Source: a virus
DNA length: 64,000 bases
Reading direction: 5' to 3' (one strand)
IMG/VR virus record: IMGVR_UViG_3300030104_005504
Location: 7,145-71,144 of that record
Positions 41,657 to 50,343 of the stretch are shown here, one piece after another. Made by a program: the position numbers and the translations under genes. Each line of letters opens with the position of its first letter. Position 1 is the first letter of the stretch. A model generated the notes under the pieces. It did no database searches and was not told the origin of the DNA. It was given only the letters and a program-made list of their open reading frames with translations.

Positions 41657-42247
41657 CTATTCTCCGAAATAAGCGATAATACCGTGACCATCTGATGTTG
41701 CTGGTCTAACAGTATGCCATCTACCAAATAAAGTATGCCCCTCAGCAACTACTCCCATGTTAGTGCCAGTAGTTATATTTCTACCACCTGTACCATGTAC
41801 TTTATCATTAGGATTAGTGAAATATATTGTTTGTCCATCTACTAAATCAACATTTGTATCTAAAGTTATTTCTTTAACAGCATCACCAACATTTACAGCT
41901 GCTACTTTTGTTCCATAAGGAATACCCACACCATCAACATACCAACCAACAGCATAACCTTTAGTTACATAACTAGTATCCATAGTAAACGTAGCTGCTC
42001 CAGATACATCACCACTTTCGTCTACTGTGTCAGATGTTGTTCCAACGTGTGCTGCTGCAACTGAGTTAACAAACAATGAAGAATCTTCTGCTACTAACTC
42101 TACAAGAATATTACCCTGCGCGGTTGTGCCTACAGCGTCTATGGCTATAATAACTTTACCGTGCGGTGCTGTTATTTTATTATCGGTATGATCTGAGTAA
42201 GCTGAACCAGTTATTTTTGCTGTCCAATCATATGTAATTTTTCCCAT
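41657..42247 (-). CDS. small virion protein (paralog of 41314..41643, with insertion)
   Basis: APHGKVIIAI ... GHTLFGRW ... IIAYFGE. Confidence 0.65.
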   Translation of the reverse strand: MGKITYDWTAKITGSAYSDHTDNKITAPHGKVIIAIDAVGTTAQGNILVELVAEDSSLFVNSVAAAHVGTTSDTVDESGDVSGAATFTMDTSYVTKGYAVGWYVDGVGIPYGTKVAAVNVGDAVKEITLDTNVDLVDGQTIYFTNPNDKVHGTGGRNITTGTNMGVVAEGHTLFGRWHTVRPATSDGHGIIAYFGE

Positions 42248-42255
42248 TTTATTTA

Positions 42256-42675
42256 TTATTTATTTTGTTGTTCATTTTTCTTTGACGATCCTCCAAAGAA
42301 GAAATCGACTACCGTGTTTACTTTAGCACTCATAGCGCCAAATATTGTAGAGATAAAACTTATCTCAAATTCTCCCATGTCTAGATCTCCTGTTACGAAG
42401 TATCTAAACATCATAAAGCTTAATCCGAAGTATGCAATTGTAAATAACGTCGCAAGTATCTTTTGAATAATTGCGTCGTCTTTGTACATATCTCTAGCGC
42501 TCTTTCTGTCCTCGACCTCTTGCTTAAAGGCTTCTTGCTCCGCTTCAAGTAGTAGCCGCTTGAGTGCAAGCTTTGCTTCATCTCTCTCTTTGTCTGTTGT
42601 AATAACTTTGTCAAGTATTCCTTCTGCATTTTCTACTACTGTGCTGAATAAGCCACCTACTAAATTCTTTATCAT
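42256..42675 (-). CDS. holin-like membrane protein (3TM-holin type)
   Basis: ILDKVITTDKER, DRKSAR, two hydrophobic helices, FFFGGSS. Confidence 0.7.
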   Translation of the reverse strand: MIKNLVGGLFSTVVENAEGILDKVITTDKERDEAKLALKRLLLEAEQEAFKQEVEDRKSARDMYKDDAIIQKILATLFTIAYFGLSFMMFRYFVTGDLDMGEFEISFISTIFGAMSAKVNTVVDFFFGGSSKKNEQQNK

Positions 42676-43112
42676 CGTTCATTATCTTTTATCATATCAT
42701 CGATAGACTTATTCATTACCTTATCGGTGTATGATTTGTTATTAAAAAAAATACTATTCTCAGAGGTTGGTATATCCTCTTCACCAAGTAGTATTCTATA
42801 AATTCTACTTATTAAGTGTGAACACTTAAAGGAGGTTTTGAATACAGAGTATTTGATGGTTGTTCTATTTCTATGTCTCCAAGCTTCTATCCAACCATTC
42901 CTCCTTAATTTCTCCCAACGATTCTTATTCCAACTCATTGTGTAAGTACCGTCGATAAATTCTTGACGCGTGAATCTCCCTTTACAATCTAAATAAATAA
43001 GAAGTTCTAATTCAGCATCAGTCAACCCGTAAGTTTTACAGGCCCATTTTCTAACGAGCCTGTAATACTTAAGGATTTGTAAATCACGTAAATCGTGACT
43101 AGTTAATCGCAT
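42672..43112 (-). CDS. putative winged-helix DNA-binding protein
   Basis: GLTDAELELLIYL...L.RNGWIE, a MarR-like pattern. Confidence 0.5.
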   Translation of the reverse strand: MRLTSHDLRDLQILKYYRLVRKWACKTYGLTDAELELLIYLDCKGRFTRQEFIDGTYTMSWNKNRWEKLRRNGWIEAWRHRNRTTIKYSVFKTSFKCSHLISRIYRILLGEEDIPTSENSIFFNNKSYTDKVMNKSIDDMIKDNER

Positions 43113-43115
43113 TTA

Positions 43116-43475
43116 TTATGATGCGTCAACAACTGCTACTGAAGCACAAGCTGTAATATCTGCATGTAAAAACTTAGAGTTTTCACTATCAGCTACTACA
43201 ATGAATGGAGAGTTGATAGCATTAGCACTAGCAATAGCTCCAGTTATAGCTTCCATAACTTCTTTGTGTTTACCAGAAGTAACAGTAAGCTGAACAACAG
43301 GTGCATCTATACCTGCATCATTATCTAATTCTTGGTTAGAAGTAAAATAACATCTAAGCGCAGTTGATGTGTGCATTTCAAGATGAGATAGTTTATCAGC
43401 AGGAAAGCATACTACTTCTTCATCAGCTGTATTGTCATTAGCAGCAGCTGATGCAAAATATAAAAATTTCTTCAT
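43116..43475 (-). CDS. hypothetical (possibly capsid decoration) protein
   Basis: 119 aa, Ala-rich; long A/T leader with a promoter-like motif at 43556-43576. Confidence 0.55.
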   Translation of the reverse strand: MKKFLYFASAAANDNTADEEVVCFPADKLSHLEMHTSTALRCYFTSNQELDNDAGIDAPVVQLTVTSGKHKEVMEAITGAIASANAINSPFIVVADSENSKFLHADITACASVAVVDAS

Positions 43476-43594
43476 TGTTTAAATTTTTTTATGATTATTA
43501 ATTAATTGATTTTGATTTTATGTTTGTTGTTTATGGTTTATAGTTTGCGTATAATCTACTTTAATAGATATTACATGCTTTTTAAGAATAGTAA

Positions 43595-43852
43595 CTATTC
43601 TACTAGTACTATGTCTCTCATACGTATAACTCTATATAATTCGTCGTTATATCCAATATCATGCCCAGCGTGTTTATCATAGTATATAGTATCACCTTTT
43701 GTTACTATCTCTACCATATTACCAACTGAAACTATATTAGCTTTTTTATAACGATTTGATTCATCAGTTTCATCTGTTAAGATTAAACCACTAACTTTCT
43801 TTGGTTCTTCTTTTATTATATCAACTATAACGTAATCATTAACTGCTTGCAT
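43595..43852 (-). CDS. groES: co-chaperonin GroES
   Basis: SGLIL, IVSVG...V.KGD.IYY, adjacent to GroEL. Confidence 0.85.
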   Translation of the reverse strand: MQAVNDYVIVDIIKEEPKKVSGLILTDETDESNRYKKANIVSVGNMVEIVTKGDTIYYDKHAGHDIGYNDELYRVIRMRDIVLVE

Positions 43853-45407
43853 TTTCTACTCTTATATTTGAAATTACACAATCTGCTGACATAACAGTTA
43901 AAGCTACACTCACAGCATTTTTAAGCGCAGATTTAGTTACTAATACTGGATCGATAATACCCTCGCGAACCATGTTAGGAAATGTTCCGTTTATAACATT
44001 ACAACCATAACCTTCTTTTAGATTACTAGGTTTCATCATTAAACCAGCATTGTCCATTATTGTTTCATATGGTGAAGATAGAGCATCTAACAATACCTTA
44101 CCAGCATCGCTGGTCGAAATTTTTTGAGATGCATTTAATAGTGCTATACCACCTCCTGGTACAATACCTTCTTGTAGTGCAGCTTTAGTTGCATATATAG
44201 CATCTTCTATTCTATCTTTCTTTTCTTTCAGCTCAACCTTAGAATTAGCACCAACCTTAATTATACCTACACTACCTGATAACGTAGCTAATCTTTGCTC
44301 TAGTTTCTTTTTAATAAAACCATTCTTTTCTTCAGCTAACTTTTTATTTAATTCATCTATTCTATCTTCAATACTATCCGTCATACCTTCTAGTGTTAGC
44401 ACTGTGCTTTTATCATTTGTTACAGCAAACTCAGCTTCTCCTAAGTGCTCTGGTTTCATAAGATCTAAATCATCACCTAACTCTTCATTAAGTACTGTTG
44501 CTCCAGTTAGTATAGCTAAATCCTCGGTGGCATCCTTTTTAGTAGGACCAAATCCTGGAAGATCTACTATATTGACCTTTATATTACCTTTAACCTTATT
44601 CATCATGAGTGCCGACTTTACTTGCTGTGCTACTGGTGCTACTATAAGTAAAGATCGGTTACTTTTAATAACGTGTTCTAGTATAGATTGTATTTTTCTA
44701 ACATTTGGTATCTCAGATGAACATATAAGTATTAGCGGATTATCCAATTCACATGTATGTTTTTCTGTATTAGTTGTAAAGTGTGGTGAAGTTAATCCAC
44801 AATCAACTTGAACTCCATCTACTATATCAACATATGTGTCTTCAGTTGGTGATTCTTCCATAAGAACAACACCATTCTTACCTACTTTTTCGTAGGCTTC
44901 AGATATTATAGCACCTAACTCCTTATCATTATTACATGATATAGAGCTAACAGACTTTAACATATCGCCTTCTACGTCAATAGCTATAGTGTTTAAGTAG
45001 CTAATGACACTATCTAGTGTTTCATTTACTCCGTCTTTAATTTCTCTGATTGTAAGACCATCTGCGACCGCAGTGTCTATTTGTTTGATTAACGCCTCTG
45101 CTAATACTGTAGCGGTTGTAGTACCATCTCCAGCTTCTTTAACTGTATTTCTAGCAGCTTCTTTGATTAGTGTTGCTCCCATGTTCTCAACCGGATCATA
45201 TAAGACTACGCTCTCTGCAACGGTTACACCGTCTTTTGTTATGACCGGTTTGCCTCTCCCGTCTTCATAGATGACACATTTTCCTGACGCACCTAATGTA
45301 GACTTAACGGCTTGGGCTAATTTATTTATTCCTGATATTACTTTATCTTTGGCTTCACCTCCAAAGGCGAGGTCCTTCACCAATTCACTTGGTAAGTTGT
45401 ATTCCAT
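43839..45407 (-). CDS. groEL: chaperonin GroEL
   Basis: ITKDGVTVA, AGDGTTTATVLA, GIVPGGG, GIIDPVLVT; no GGM tail. Confidence 0.95.
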   Translation of the reverse strand: MEYNLPSELVKDLAFGGEAKDKVISGINKLAQAVKSTLGASGKCVIYEDGRGKPVITKDGVTVAESVVLYDPVENMGATLIKEAARNTVKEAGDGTTTATVLAEALIKQIDTAVADGLTIREIKDGVNETLDSVISYLNTIAIDVEGDMLKSVSSISCNNDKELGAIISEAYEKVGKNGVVLMEESPTEDTYVDIVDGVQVDCGLTSPHFTTNTEKHTCELDNPLILICSSEIPNVRKIQSILEHVIKSNRSLLIVAPVAQQVKSALMMNKVKGNIKVNIVDLPGFGPTKKDATEDLAILTGATVLNEELGDDLDLMKPEHLGEAEFAVTNDKSTVLTLEGMTDSIEDRIDELNKKLAEEKNGFIKKKLEQRLATLSGSVGIIKVGANSKVELKEKKDRIEDAIYATKAALQEGIVPGGGIALLNASQKISTSDAGKVLLDALSSPYETIMDNAGLMMKPSNLKEGYGCNVINGTFPNMVREGIIDPVLVTKSALKNAVSVALTVMSADCVISNIRVENASS

Positions 45408-45460
45408 AATGTATTATATTTTATTAAATTAAATTTGGTTTTATATGGTATTATAAAATA

Positions 45461-46207
45461 TTATTTTTTATAATATCCTTTCTTGTAGTTTTTTAAAGGG
45501 GAATTCATTTTGTATCCTCTTTTCTTTTTCATTGGTGGATCCATTTTTCCACTTTGAGTATCTCTTCTAAGCTCTGATGTTCCTTTAGTTTTTTTCTCTT
45601 CTATATTAGCCATATCAGACCAATATTTCTTAGAAGCTTTTTCAAAGTCCTCATATCCAGTTGCATCATCAAATACATTTTCTGGAGCATGCTTAGCTCT
45701 TCTCTTTTTTACACCATCTTCCTCAAAAGTTTCCCATCTACTCGCGTCATCCCAAGCTTCTTTATAAGATGCTAATGATTTCTTTTTAGTTTTAGGATCT
45801 GTTTTAACAAACTCCTTAAGCTCTGGTTTAGAATCTGAAAATTCAACTCTTCCTGGTTTTTTAGTTTTCGCCTCACTATCTGTAGATGGTGAATCAAAGT
45901 AACCTTTTTTCTGTCTAAACTTACCAACCATACCTCCAGAAGCAGAAAGACCTGGGTTAACTGTTTTTATTTTAGCATCCTGATACATTTTATCTCCGAA
46001 TAAACCTCCACCATACATTTTTTTAGTATCATCTGCTTTAGTTACTTGAACCTTTTTACCAAGATACTGATTTGTTTCAGGATCGTAATACTTAGTAACA
46101 TCTCTTTTTCTACCAAATATATTTAATGTAGGTTTCTTTTCTTCTCTATATTTAGGTTCATCTCTAAGAGCTCCTTTTTTATGGTGCTTACCCATTTTAA
46201 ATGCCAT
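45461..46207 (-). CDS. basic low-complexity protein (MAFKM N-terminus, SPLK motif)
   Basis: 248 aa, Lys-rich. Confidence 0.6.
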   Translation of the reverse strand: MAFKMGKHHKKGALRDEPKYREEKKPTLNIFGRKRDVTKYYDPETNQYLGKKVQVTKADDTKKMYGGGLFGDKMYQDAKIKTVNPGLSASGGMVGKFRQKKGYFDSPSTDSEAKTKKPGRVEFSDSKPELKEFVKTDPKTKKKSLASYKEAWDDASRWETFEEDGVKKRRAKHAPENVFDDATGYEDFEKASKKYWSDMANIEEKKTKGTSELRRDTQSGKMDPPMKKKRGYKMNSPLKNYKKGYYKK

Positions 46208-46210
46208 AGT

Positions 46211-46594
46211 TTATTCTTTATTGTTGTTAATTTTTTCAGCAGCTATTGCTTCCGCCTCCCATGGATGGTTAGGGTGACCTTCCGGCCACCTACCATTTGG
46301 TCCATCTATAACGGCAATGCCGTCCTCTTCTTTTCTAAAGTATATATCTCCTTCCCACATCACCCAATTATCTCCATAAGCAGCTCTTCCTTCTTCAATT
46401 TGTCTGATATGTGCTTCTTCGTGCCTAATAATTCTTTGAGCTTCTTTACTATTCATATCAACACTAACGTCAATATCAATAGATCCATCCATGTTAGCTT
46501 GGGCTAAAGAACCATCACCTAAATTCTTTTTAAATAGGTTGGTATTACTCGGGGTCTTAAACCCTCTACTTTCTTTCCCTAGCTTAAATGCCAT
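46211..46594 (-). CDS. small zincin metalloprotease-like protein
   Basis: IIRHEEAHIRQ (HExxH) plus downstream PWEAEA third-ligand motif. Confidence 0.7.
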   Translation of the reverse strand: MAFKLGKESRGFKTPSNTNLFKKNLGDGSLAQANMDGSIDIDVSVDMNSKEAQRIIRHEEAHIRQIEEGRAAYGDNWVMWEGDIYFRKEEDGIAVIDGPNGRWPEGHPNHPWEAEAIAAEKINNNKE

Positions 46595-46595
46595 A

Positions 46596-46889
46596 TTACT
46601 TGAATGTTTTAACTACTTTAGGTCCTTTTATATACTCTATTTTTTTAGCAAAATGATCAACACTACTTTCTATAGCTTGCTCAGCTCCTTCTAGTGTTTC
46701 TCTTCTGGTAATATCAACCCATTGATCTTCATCTTCAGGTTTATTAACCTCTGTTTGATAATATCCGTTTGCTAATTGTGTAATTCTCCAATTCTTTTTT
46801 TCGGCTAGATGTTGCCATTCGTCGAATTGTTTTTGTGAAATTTTTGGTTCAGAAGTACGCGTAGTACCTCTATAATAAAAATAAGTCAT
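46596..46889 (-). CDS. conserved hypothetical phage protein
   Basis: KKNWRITQLANGYYQTE...W.DITRRETLEGAE. Confidence 0.7.
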   Translation of the reverse strand: MTYFYYRGTTRTSEPKISQKQFDEWQHLAEKKNWRITQLANGYYQTEVNKPEDEDQWVDITRRETLEGAEQAIESSVDHFAKKIEYIKGPKVVKTFK

Positions 46890-46923
46890 ATTGGTTTTTG
46901 TTTTATTGGTTATTAATTTTGTT

Positions 46924-47196
46924 TTATTGTATTCGGTTATCTATCCTTCCCCTTCGATAACTACCAGCGGCAGATGTAACATGACCTATTGTTAGGTCTC
47001 TTAAATTACTATCTCCGTTGTAAATAGCTACAGCAACTTCATTTTGCTTGTTATTATTTAGTTTTTTGGTCTTTACTTTGTTTTTAGACTTCTTTTCCAT
47101 CTTTCTTTTCGCAAGAGCTAACTTCTTTATAAGTAGTTCTTTCTTAGAAAGCTTTTTCTTTTTCTTTTTTCTATGTCTTTTTAACTTGAATGCCAT
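46924..47196 (-). CDS. very basic protein (MAFKL N-terminus)
   Basis: Poly-Lys tract; tight spacing with neighbours. Confidence 0.55.
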   Translation of the reverse strand: MAFKLKRHRKKKKKKLSKKELLIKKLALAKRKMEKKSKNKVKTKKLNNNKQNEVAVAIYNGDSNLRDLTIGHVTSAAGSYRRGRIDNRIQ

Positions 47197-47198
47197 AA

Positions 47199-47753
47199 TT
47201 ATCCTCTATCAAATCTCCAGTATTCTAGTTCAGGTGTTCCAGTAGCGGCTTGCCAATGTAAATCGCCGACATAATCCCATGGAAACCATGCAAATTCACC
47301 TGGTTTTAACGTCATTGTTCTTAAAGTGTCGTGAGTATCATTATCTAGACATGTTGTTGTTCCACCAGAACCACCCGCTGCTGGAGCAGTAGGTGCTTGA
47401 AAATCTCCACTATTAACACTTGAACTAACAATACCAATAAATATATTCTCACCTGTTGTTGTAGAATTGTTCTTTAAATAAACAAACCCTCCAACTGTAC
47501 CAGCTGTTACATTATCATTACCATCTGAATCAGCACCACTTAATGTAGCTAGAGCACTACCATCTATCGGTCCATTTGTACCATTAGCATTAGCATTTAA
47601 GGTTGTCGATGTTTCAATTAGTTGTTGATCTAGTAAATCTACAGTTAAAATATCGTCTATTGATAGAGCTAAAGACCAACTAGACGGCCCAGGATTTGTT
47701 GTAGCTGTATCAGCATTTGATGTTAAATTCAATTGCGGTTTTATTACTCCCAT
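47199..47753 (-). CDS. virion-type beta protein, paralog of 47772..48266
   Basis: GGFVYLKN...MTLKPGEFAWFPWDY...LEYWRFDRG. Confidence 0.7.
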   Translation of the reverse strand: MGVIKPQLNLTSNADTATTNPGPSSWSLALSIDDILTVDLLDQQLIETSTTLNANANGTNGPIDGSALATLSGADSDGNDNVTAGTVGGFVYLKNNSTTTGENIFIGIVSSSVNSGDFQAPTAPAAGGSGGTTTCLDNDTHDTLRTMTLKPGEFAWFPWDYVGDLHWQAATGTPELEYWRFDRG

Positions 47754-47771
47754 AATTTATGATTTTATTTA

Positions 47772-48266
47772 TTAAGCTCCTCTATCGAATAACCAGTACT
47801 CTAACTTTTGACCTGAGGTACTAGCACCAACGTAAATATCTTGCATGTAATCCCAAGGCATCCATGCGAACTCACCAACTTTCAATGTCATTAGTCTAGT
47901 TGTTGCATCATCAGCATGATCAAGGGCTGTTCCGTTTGCACCGAAATCATCTGGATCAGCTGCTCCTTGAAACACAGTACCAACATATATTAGATTTGTT
48001 GTACTAGCTGCTGATATGTTCTTCATATATAAGAAACCACCGTGTGTACCTGGTGTATCTGCTGAGTCACCAGCGAAACTATCTCCTGCGAGCATTAATG
48101 TTGGTGCACCTGAATGAGCTGGTGTTATAATCTCTGATCTAACTATGTCTACACTTAGCAAATCTGTTGTACTTAAACTTAAAGCAACGCTAAGAGGACC
48201 AGGGTTGGTCGTAACACTTGATTTGTTTGCCGTTACCGTTATTGTAGGTTTTATATAATTTGGCAT
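47772..48266 (-). CDS. virion-type beta protein, paralog of 47199..47753
   Basis: GGFLYMKN...MTLKVGEFAWMPWDY...LEYWLFDRGA. Confidence 0.7.
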   Translation of the reverse strand: MPNYIKPTITVTANKSSVTTNPGPLSVALSLSTTDLLSVDIVRSEIITPAHSGAPTLMLAGDSFAGDSADTPGTHGGFLYMKNISAASTTNLIYVGTVFQGAADPDDFGANGTALDHADDATTRLMTLKVGEFAWMPWDYMQDIYVGASTSGQKLEYWLFDRGA

Positions 48267-48391
48267 TTGTTAATATTTTTAATTTTAATAATTGTACGAT
48301 TCTTTATCGCTTTTCTACAATGAAGATAATTACACAGAAGAATTGATATTTACTATTTATCCCGTATTATAAATATAGGAATAAAGTGCAG

Positions 48392-48473
48392 CCCCCCTTC
48401 CCCCCAGGCCCCCACCCCCCTATGAAAGTCAAATCATTTCACCCAGCCCCCCAATATACCCCCATTTTCCCCC
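48392..48473. repeat. two clusters of four C-runs (G-quadruplex potential on the minus strand)
   Basis: C6-TT-C6-AGG-C5-A-C6 (48392-48420) and C3-AG-C6-AATATA-C5-ATTTT-C5 (48442-48473). Confidence 0.85.
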
Positions 48474-48511
48474 ATATATTCTGACTTTTTTTCTCAAATA
48501 CATATTCACTC

Positions 48512-48545
48512 ACTAACTAACTACGAATCCACTAAGATAATATAT
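48512..48545 (+). promoter_or_regulatory. early promoter motif copy 1
   Basis: ACTAACTAACTACGA-N9-GATAATAT. Confidence 0.65.
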
Positions 48546-48569
48546 ATGTAACAAATAAATAATATACTT

Positions 48570-48641
48570 ATGATAATAACATTTATAATAATAAAGACAA
48601 TTGATTTAATAATTAAAAATAAAATCGAAAGTACAAAGTAA
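48570..48641 (+). CDS. 23-aa hydrophobic micropeptide
   Basis: MIITFIIIKTIDLIIKNKIESTK, between promoter copies 1 and 2. Confidence 0.4.
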   Translation: MIITFIIIKTIDLIIKNKIESTK

Positions 48642-48664
48642 ATACGAAGTATAATAGATAATAA
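48633..48664 (+). promoter_or_regulatory. early promoter motif copy 2
   Basis: ACAAAGTAAATACGA-N9-GATAAT. Confidence 0.75.
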
Positions 48665-48698
48665 TAATATAAATAATAACTTACTAAAATATAATAAT

Positions 48699-48917
48699 AT
48701 GACTTTAAAAAGATTTGTAATAAGAAAGTCCTTAATAGGCAAGAACGAAGTAATAACGTTTACTAACAAGAAAGGTGAAGTAGTAAAGTATAATCATGAC
48801 GATGTGTATAACGCTCACAAAGATAGATTTGAAGCAATGAACTGTTTCGCTAAGTATAAAAGTTATACTAATACTAATGCTATGCCAGCATTCTGCCGAG
48901 ATATGAAGATTCAGTAG
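48699..48917 (+). CDS. early 72-aa protein (paralog of 49402..49632)
   Basis: KRFV.R.SL.GKN...YNHD.V...EAM.C.AKYKSYT shared with the paralog. Confidence 0.8.
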   Translation: MTLKRFVIRKSLIGKNEVITFTNKKGEVVKYNHDDVYNAHKDRFEAMNCFAKYKSYTNTNAMPAFCRDMKIQ

Positions 48918-48937
48918 TATCTCGCACACTAAAAACA

Positions 48938-48984
48938 GTGACAATTGCCTATTACTCTTATAAGTATAATTAGCTAATGTCACA
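48938..48984. repeat. imperfect inverted repeat GTGACA..GCCT-N~20-GCTAATGTCAC (copy 1)
   Basis: Same arms and nearly the same length as 55148-55193. Confidence 0.65.
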
Positions 48985-49073
48985 CTTTTAAAAATAATAA
49001 GTAATTGTGGAGTGAGAGAAGTGGCGGAGTAACTGTAACTAATTTTAATAATGTAAACAAAACTACTACTTTT

Positions 49074-49105
49074 ACAAACTAAATACGAATAAGAAAAGAT
49101 AATAT
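49074..49105 (+). promoter_or_regulatory. early promoter motif copy 3
   Basis: ACAAACTAAATACGA-N9-GATAATAT. Confidence 0.75.
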
Positions 49106-49127
49106 AAACGTAACTAAAATATAACAA

Positions 49128-49202
49128 ATGGAATTTATAATACTAGTAACAATAGCAATAATAGTAAAAACCGCTGAGAAATTAGCTAAAATTGAAGAAT
49201 GA
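49128..49202 (+). CDS. 24-aa hydrophobic micropeptide
   Basis: MEFIILVTIAIIVKTAEKLAKIEE; ATGA-coupled to the next ORF. Confidence 0.5.
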   Translation: MEFIILVTIAIIVKTAEKLAKIEE

Positions 49203-49330
49203 TGATAGATTTGAAAACATTAAGTAAAGAACAATTAGAATTAGTACTTCATAATATGAGAATATATGGAGTAAGCAACGAGAAGCGTCAAAATGTTATT
49301 GACGAGTTAAACTCTCGAAATGAAGAATAA
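49199..49330 (+). CDS. 43-aa hypothetical protein
   Basis: MMIDLKTLSKEQLELVLHNMRIYGVSNEKRQNVIDELNSRNEE. Confidence 0.6.
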   Translation: MMIDLKTLSKEQLELVLHNMRIYGVSNEKRQNVIDELNSRNEE

Positions 49331-49342
49331 TTGTGAGTCGTC

Positions 49343-49374
49343 ACAATATAAATACGAACAAGTGTAGATAATAT
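49343..49374 (+). promoter_or_regulatory. early promoter motif copy 4
   Basis: ACAATATAAATACGA-N9-GATAATAT. Confidence 0.75.
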
Positions 49375-49401
49375 AAATATAACTAAATAAAATATATAAT
49401 T

Positions 49402-49632
49402 ATGACTAATGTAATAGAATCAAAGAGATTTGTAGTAAGACAATCTCTAGTCGGAAAAAATGCGACTATAAATGTAACTTTTAAAAATGGTAAAACTGCG
49501 ACTTATAATCACGATAAAGTGTTCGCAATAATGAAAGATAAGCTAGAAGCAATGGCTTGTTGGGCGAAGTACAAGTCGTACACATCAAGTGGTAATTTAC
49601 CAATGTCGGTAAGAAATGAAGACATTGCCTAA
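49402..49632 (+). CDS. early 76-aa protein (paralog of 48699..48917)
   Basis: Shared motifs with the paralog. Confidence 0.8.
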   Translation: MTNVIESKRFVVRQSLVGKNATINVTFKNGKTATYNHDKVFAIMKDKLEAMACWAKYKSYTSSGNLPMSVRNEDIA

Positions 49633-49650
49633 TGCGAAAGTTTAATCATG

Positions 49651-49915
49651 AAGTGGTGTTTAAGAGTTTATTAAACACCATTTATATCGCCAGCGGAATT
49701 GTGCTATTGATATTAATGATTAGTAATATGTAAATCATACAAAACCACTAATGAAGTGCTGATTAGTTAGTGGTGATTTAAAGTCGTAGTTGACTACGTT
49801 TAGCGACTTATAAAAAATGCGAACGAGTAAGTAGTGAAGGCGGCTGTAGTCCTCTGTGAAAAACCAGTTAACTCCGAGTGATGACAATCAAGTGGTTCGA
49901 GTCCACAACTACTAC
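49651..49915 (+). ncRNA. structured non-coding block ending in a degenerate tRNA-like element
   Basis: Hairpins 49651-49683, 49744-49774, 49781-49809; T-loop GTGG-TTCGAGT-CCAC at 49892-49906; AGTAGT/ACTACT acceptor-like pairing. Confidence 0.45.
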
Positions 49916-49917
49916 AA

Positions 49918-49994
49918 GGTAATTATGGTAAAGCGATACTGATAGCGACCGAATGCGCAGAAAAGCTTAGTGAGTTCGATTCTCACTATTACCA
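49918..49994 (+). ncRNA. tRNA-like RNA/pseudo-tRNA
   Basis: Acceptor GGTAAT/ATTACC-A, D-like GGTA/TACT, T arm GTGAG-TTCGATT-CTCAC; no canonical anticodon arm. Confidence 0.6.
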
Positions 49995-49996
49995 CT

Positions 49997-50266
49997 ATGA
50001 ATATAGAGATAATAATGAGTAATACTTACGGAGTATTAACAAACAAGTGTTCCGTAGAAGATATTCTTAACCAATATGAAGGTGAAGATGCAATGTTTTA
50101 TGGTAATCCATACGATATGGAATGTACTGATATTGATGAAGTAATAAACTTCTACGAGAATACTGAAGAATATGAAAAGTGTAGCGAATTGTTAAGTGTT
50201 AAAAATGACATTATAGCAGAAAAATTAACTAAAAAATTGATAAGAAAATGCCTTATAGAGAATTAA
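49997..50266 (+). CDS. hypothetical protein with UVR-like EEYEKC motif
   Basis: FYENTEEYEKCSELL; start moved to ATG 49997 because the GTG start lies inside the tRNA-like element. Confidence 0.65.
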   Translation: MNIEIIMSNTYGVLTNKCSVEDILNQYEGEDAMFYGNPYDMECTDIDEVINFYENTEEYEKCSELLSVKNDIIAEKLTKKLIRKCLIEN

Positions 50267-50343
50267 CAAACGAAGAGTACAATCAAGAACAGCATGATTA
50301 TTATGCTAGTTACTTGGAAGATCAAGTGGAATTCCACATAAAT

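Noticed and set aside
145-47245. Many short plus-strand ORFs in the ORF track opposite long minus-strand genes
   Set aside because: Antisense shadow ORFs with non-ATG starts and no protein-like features
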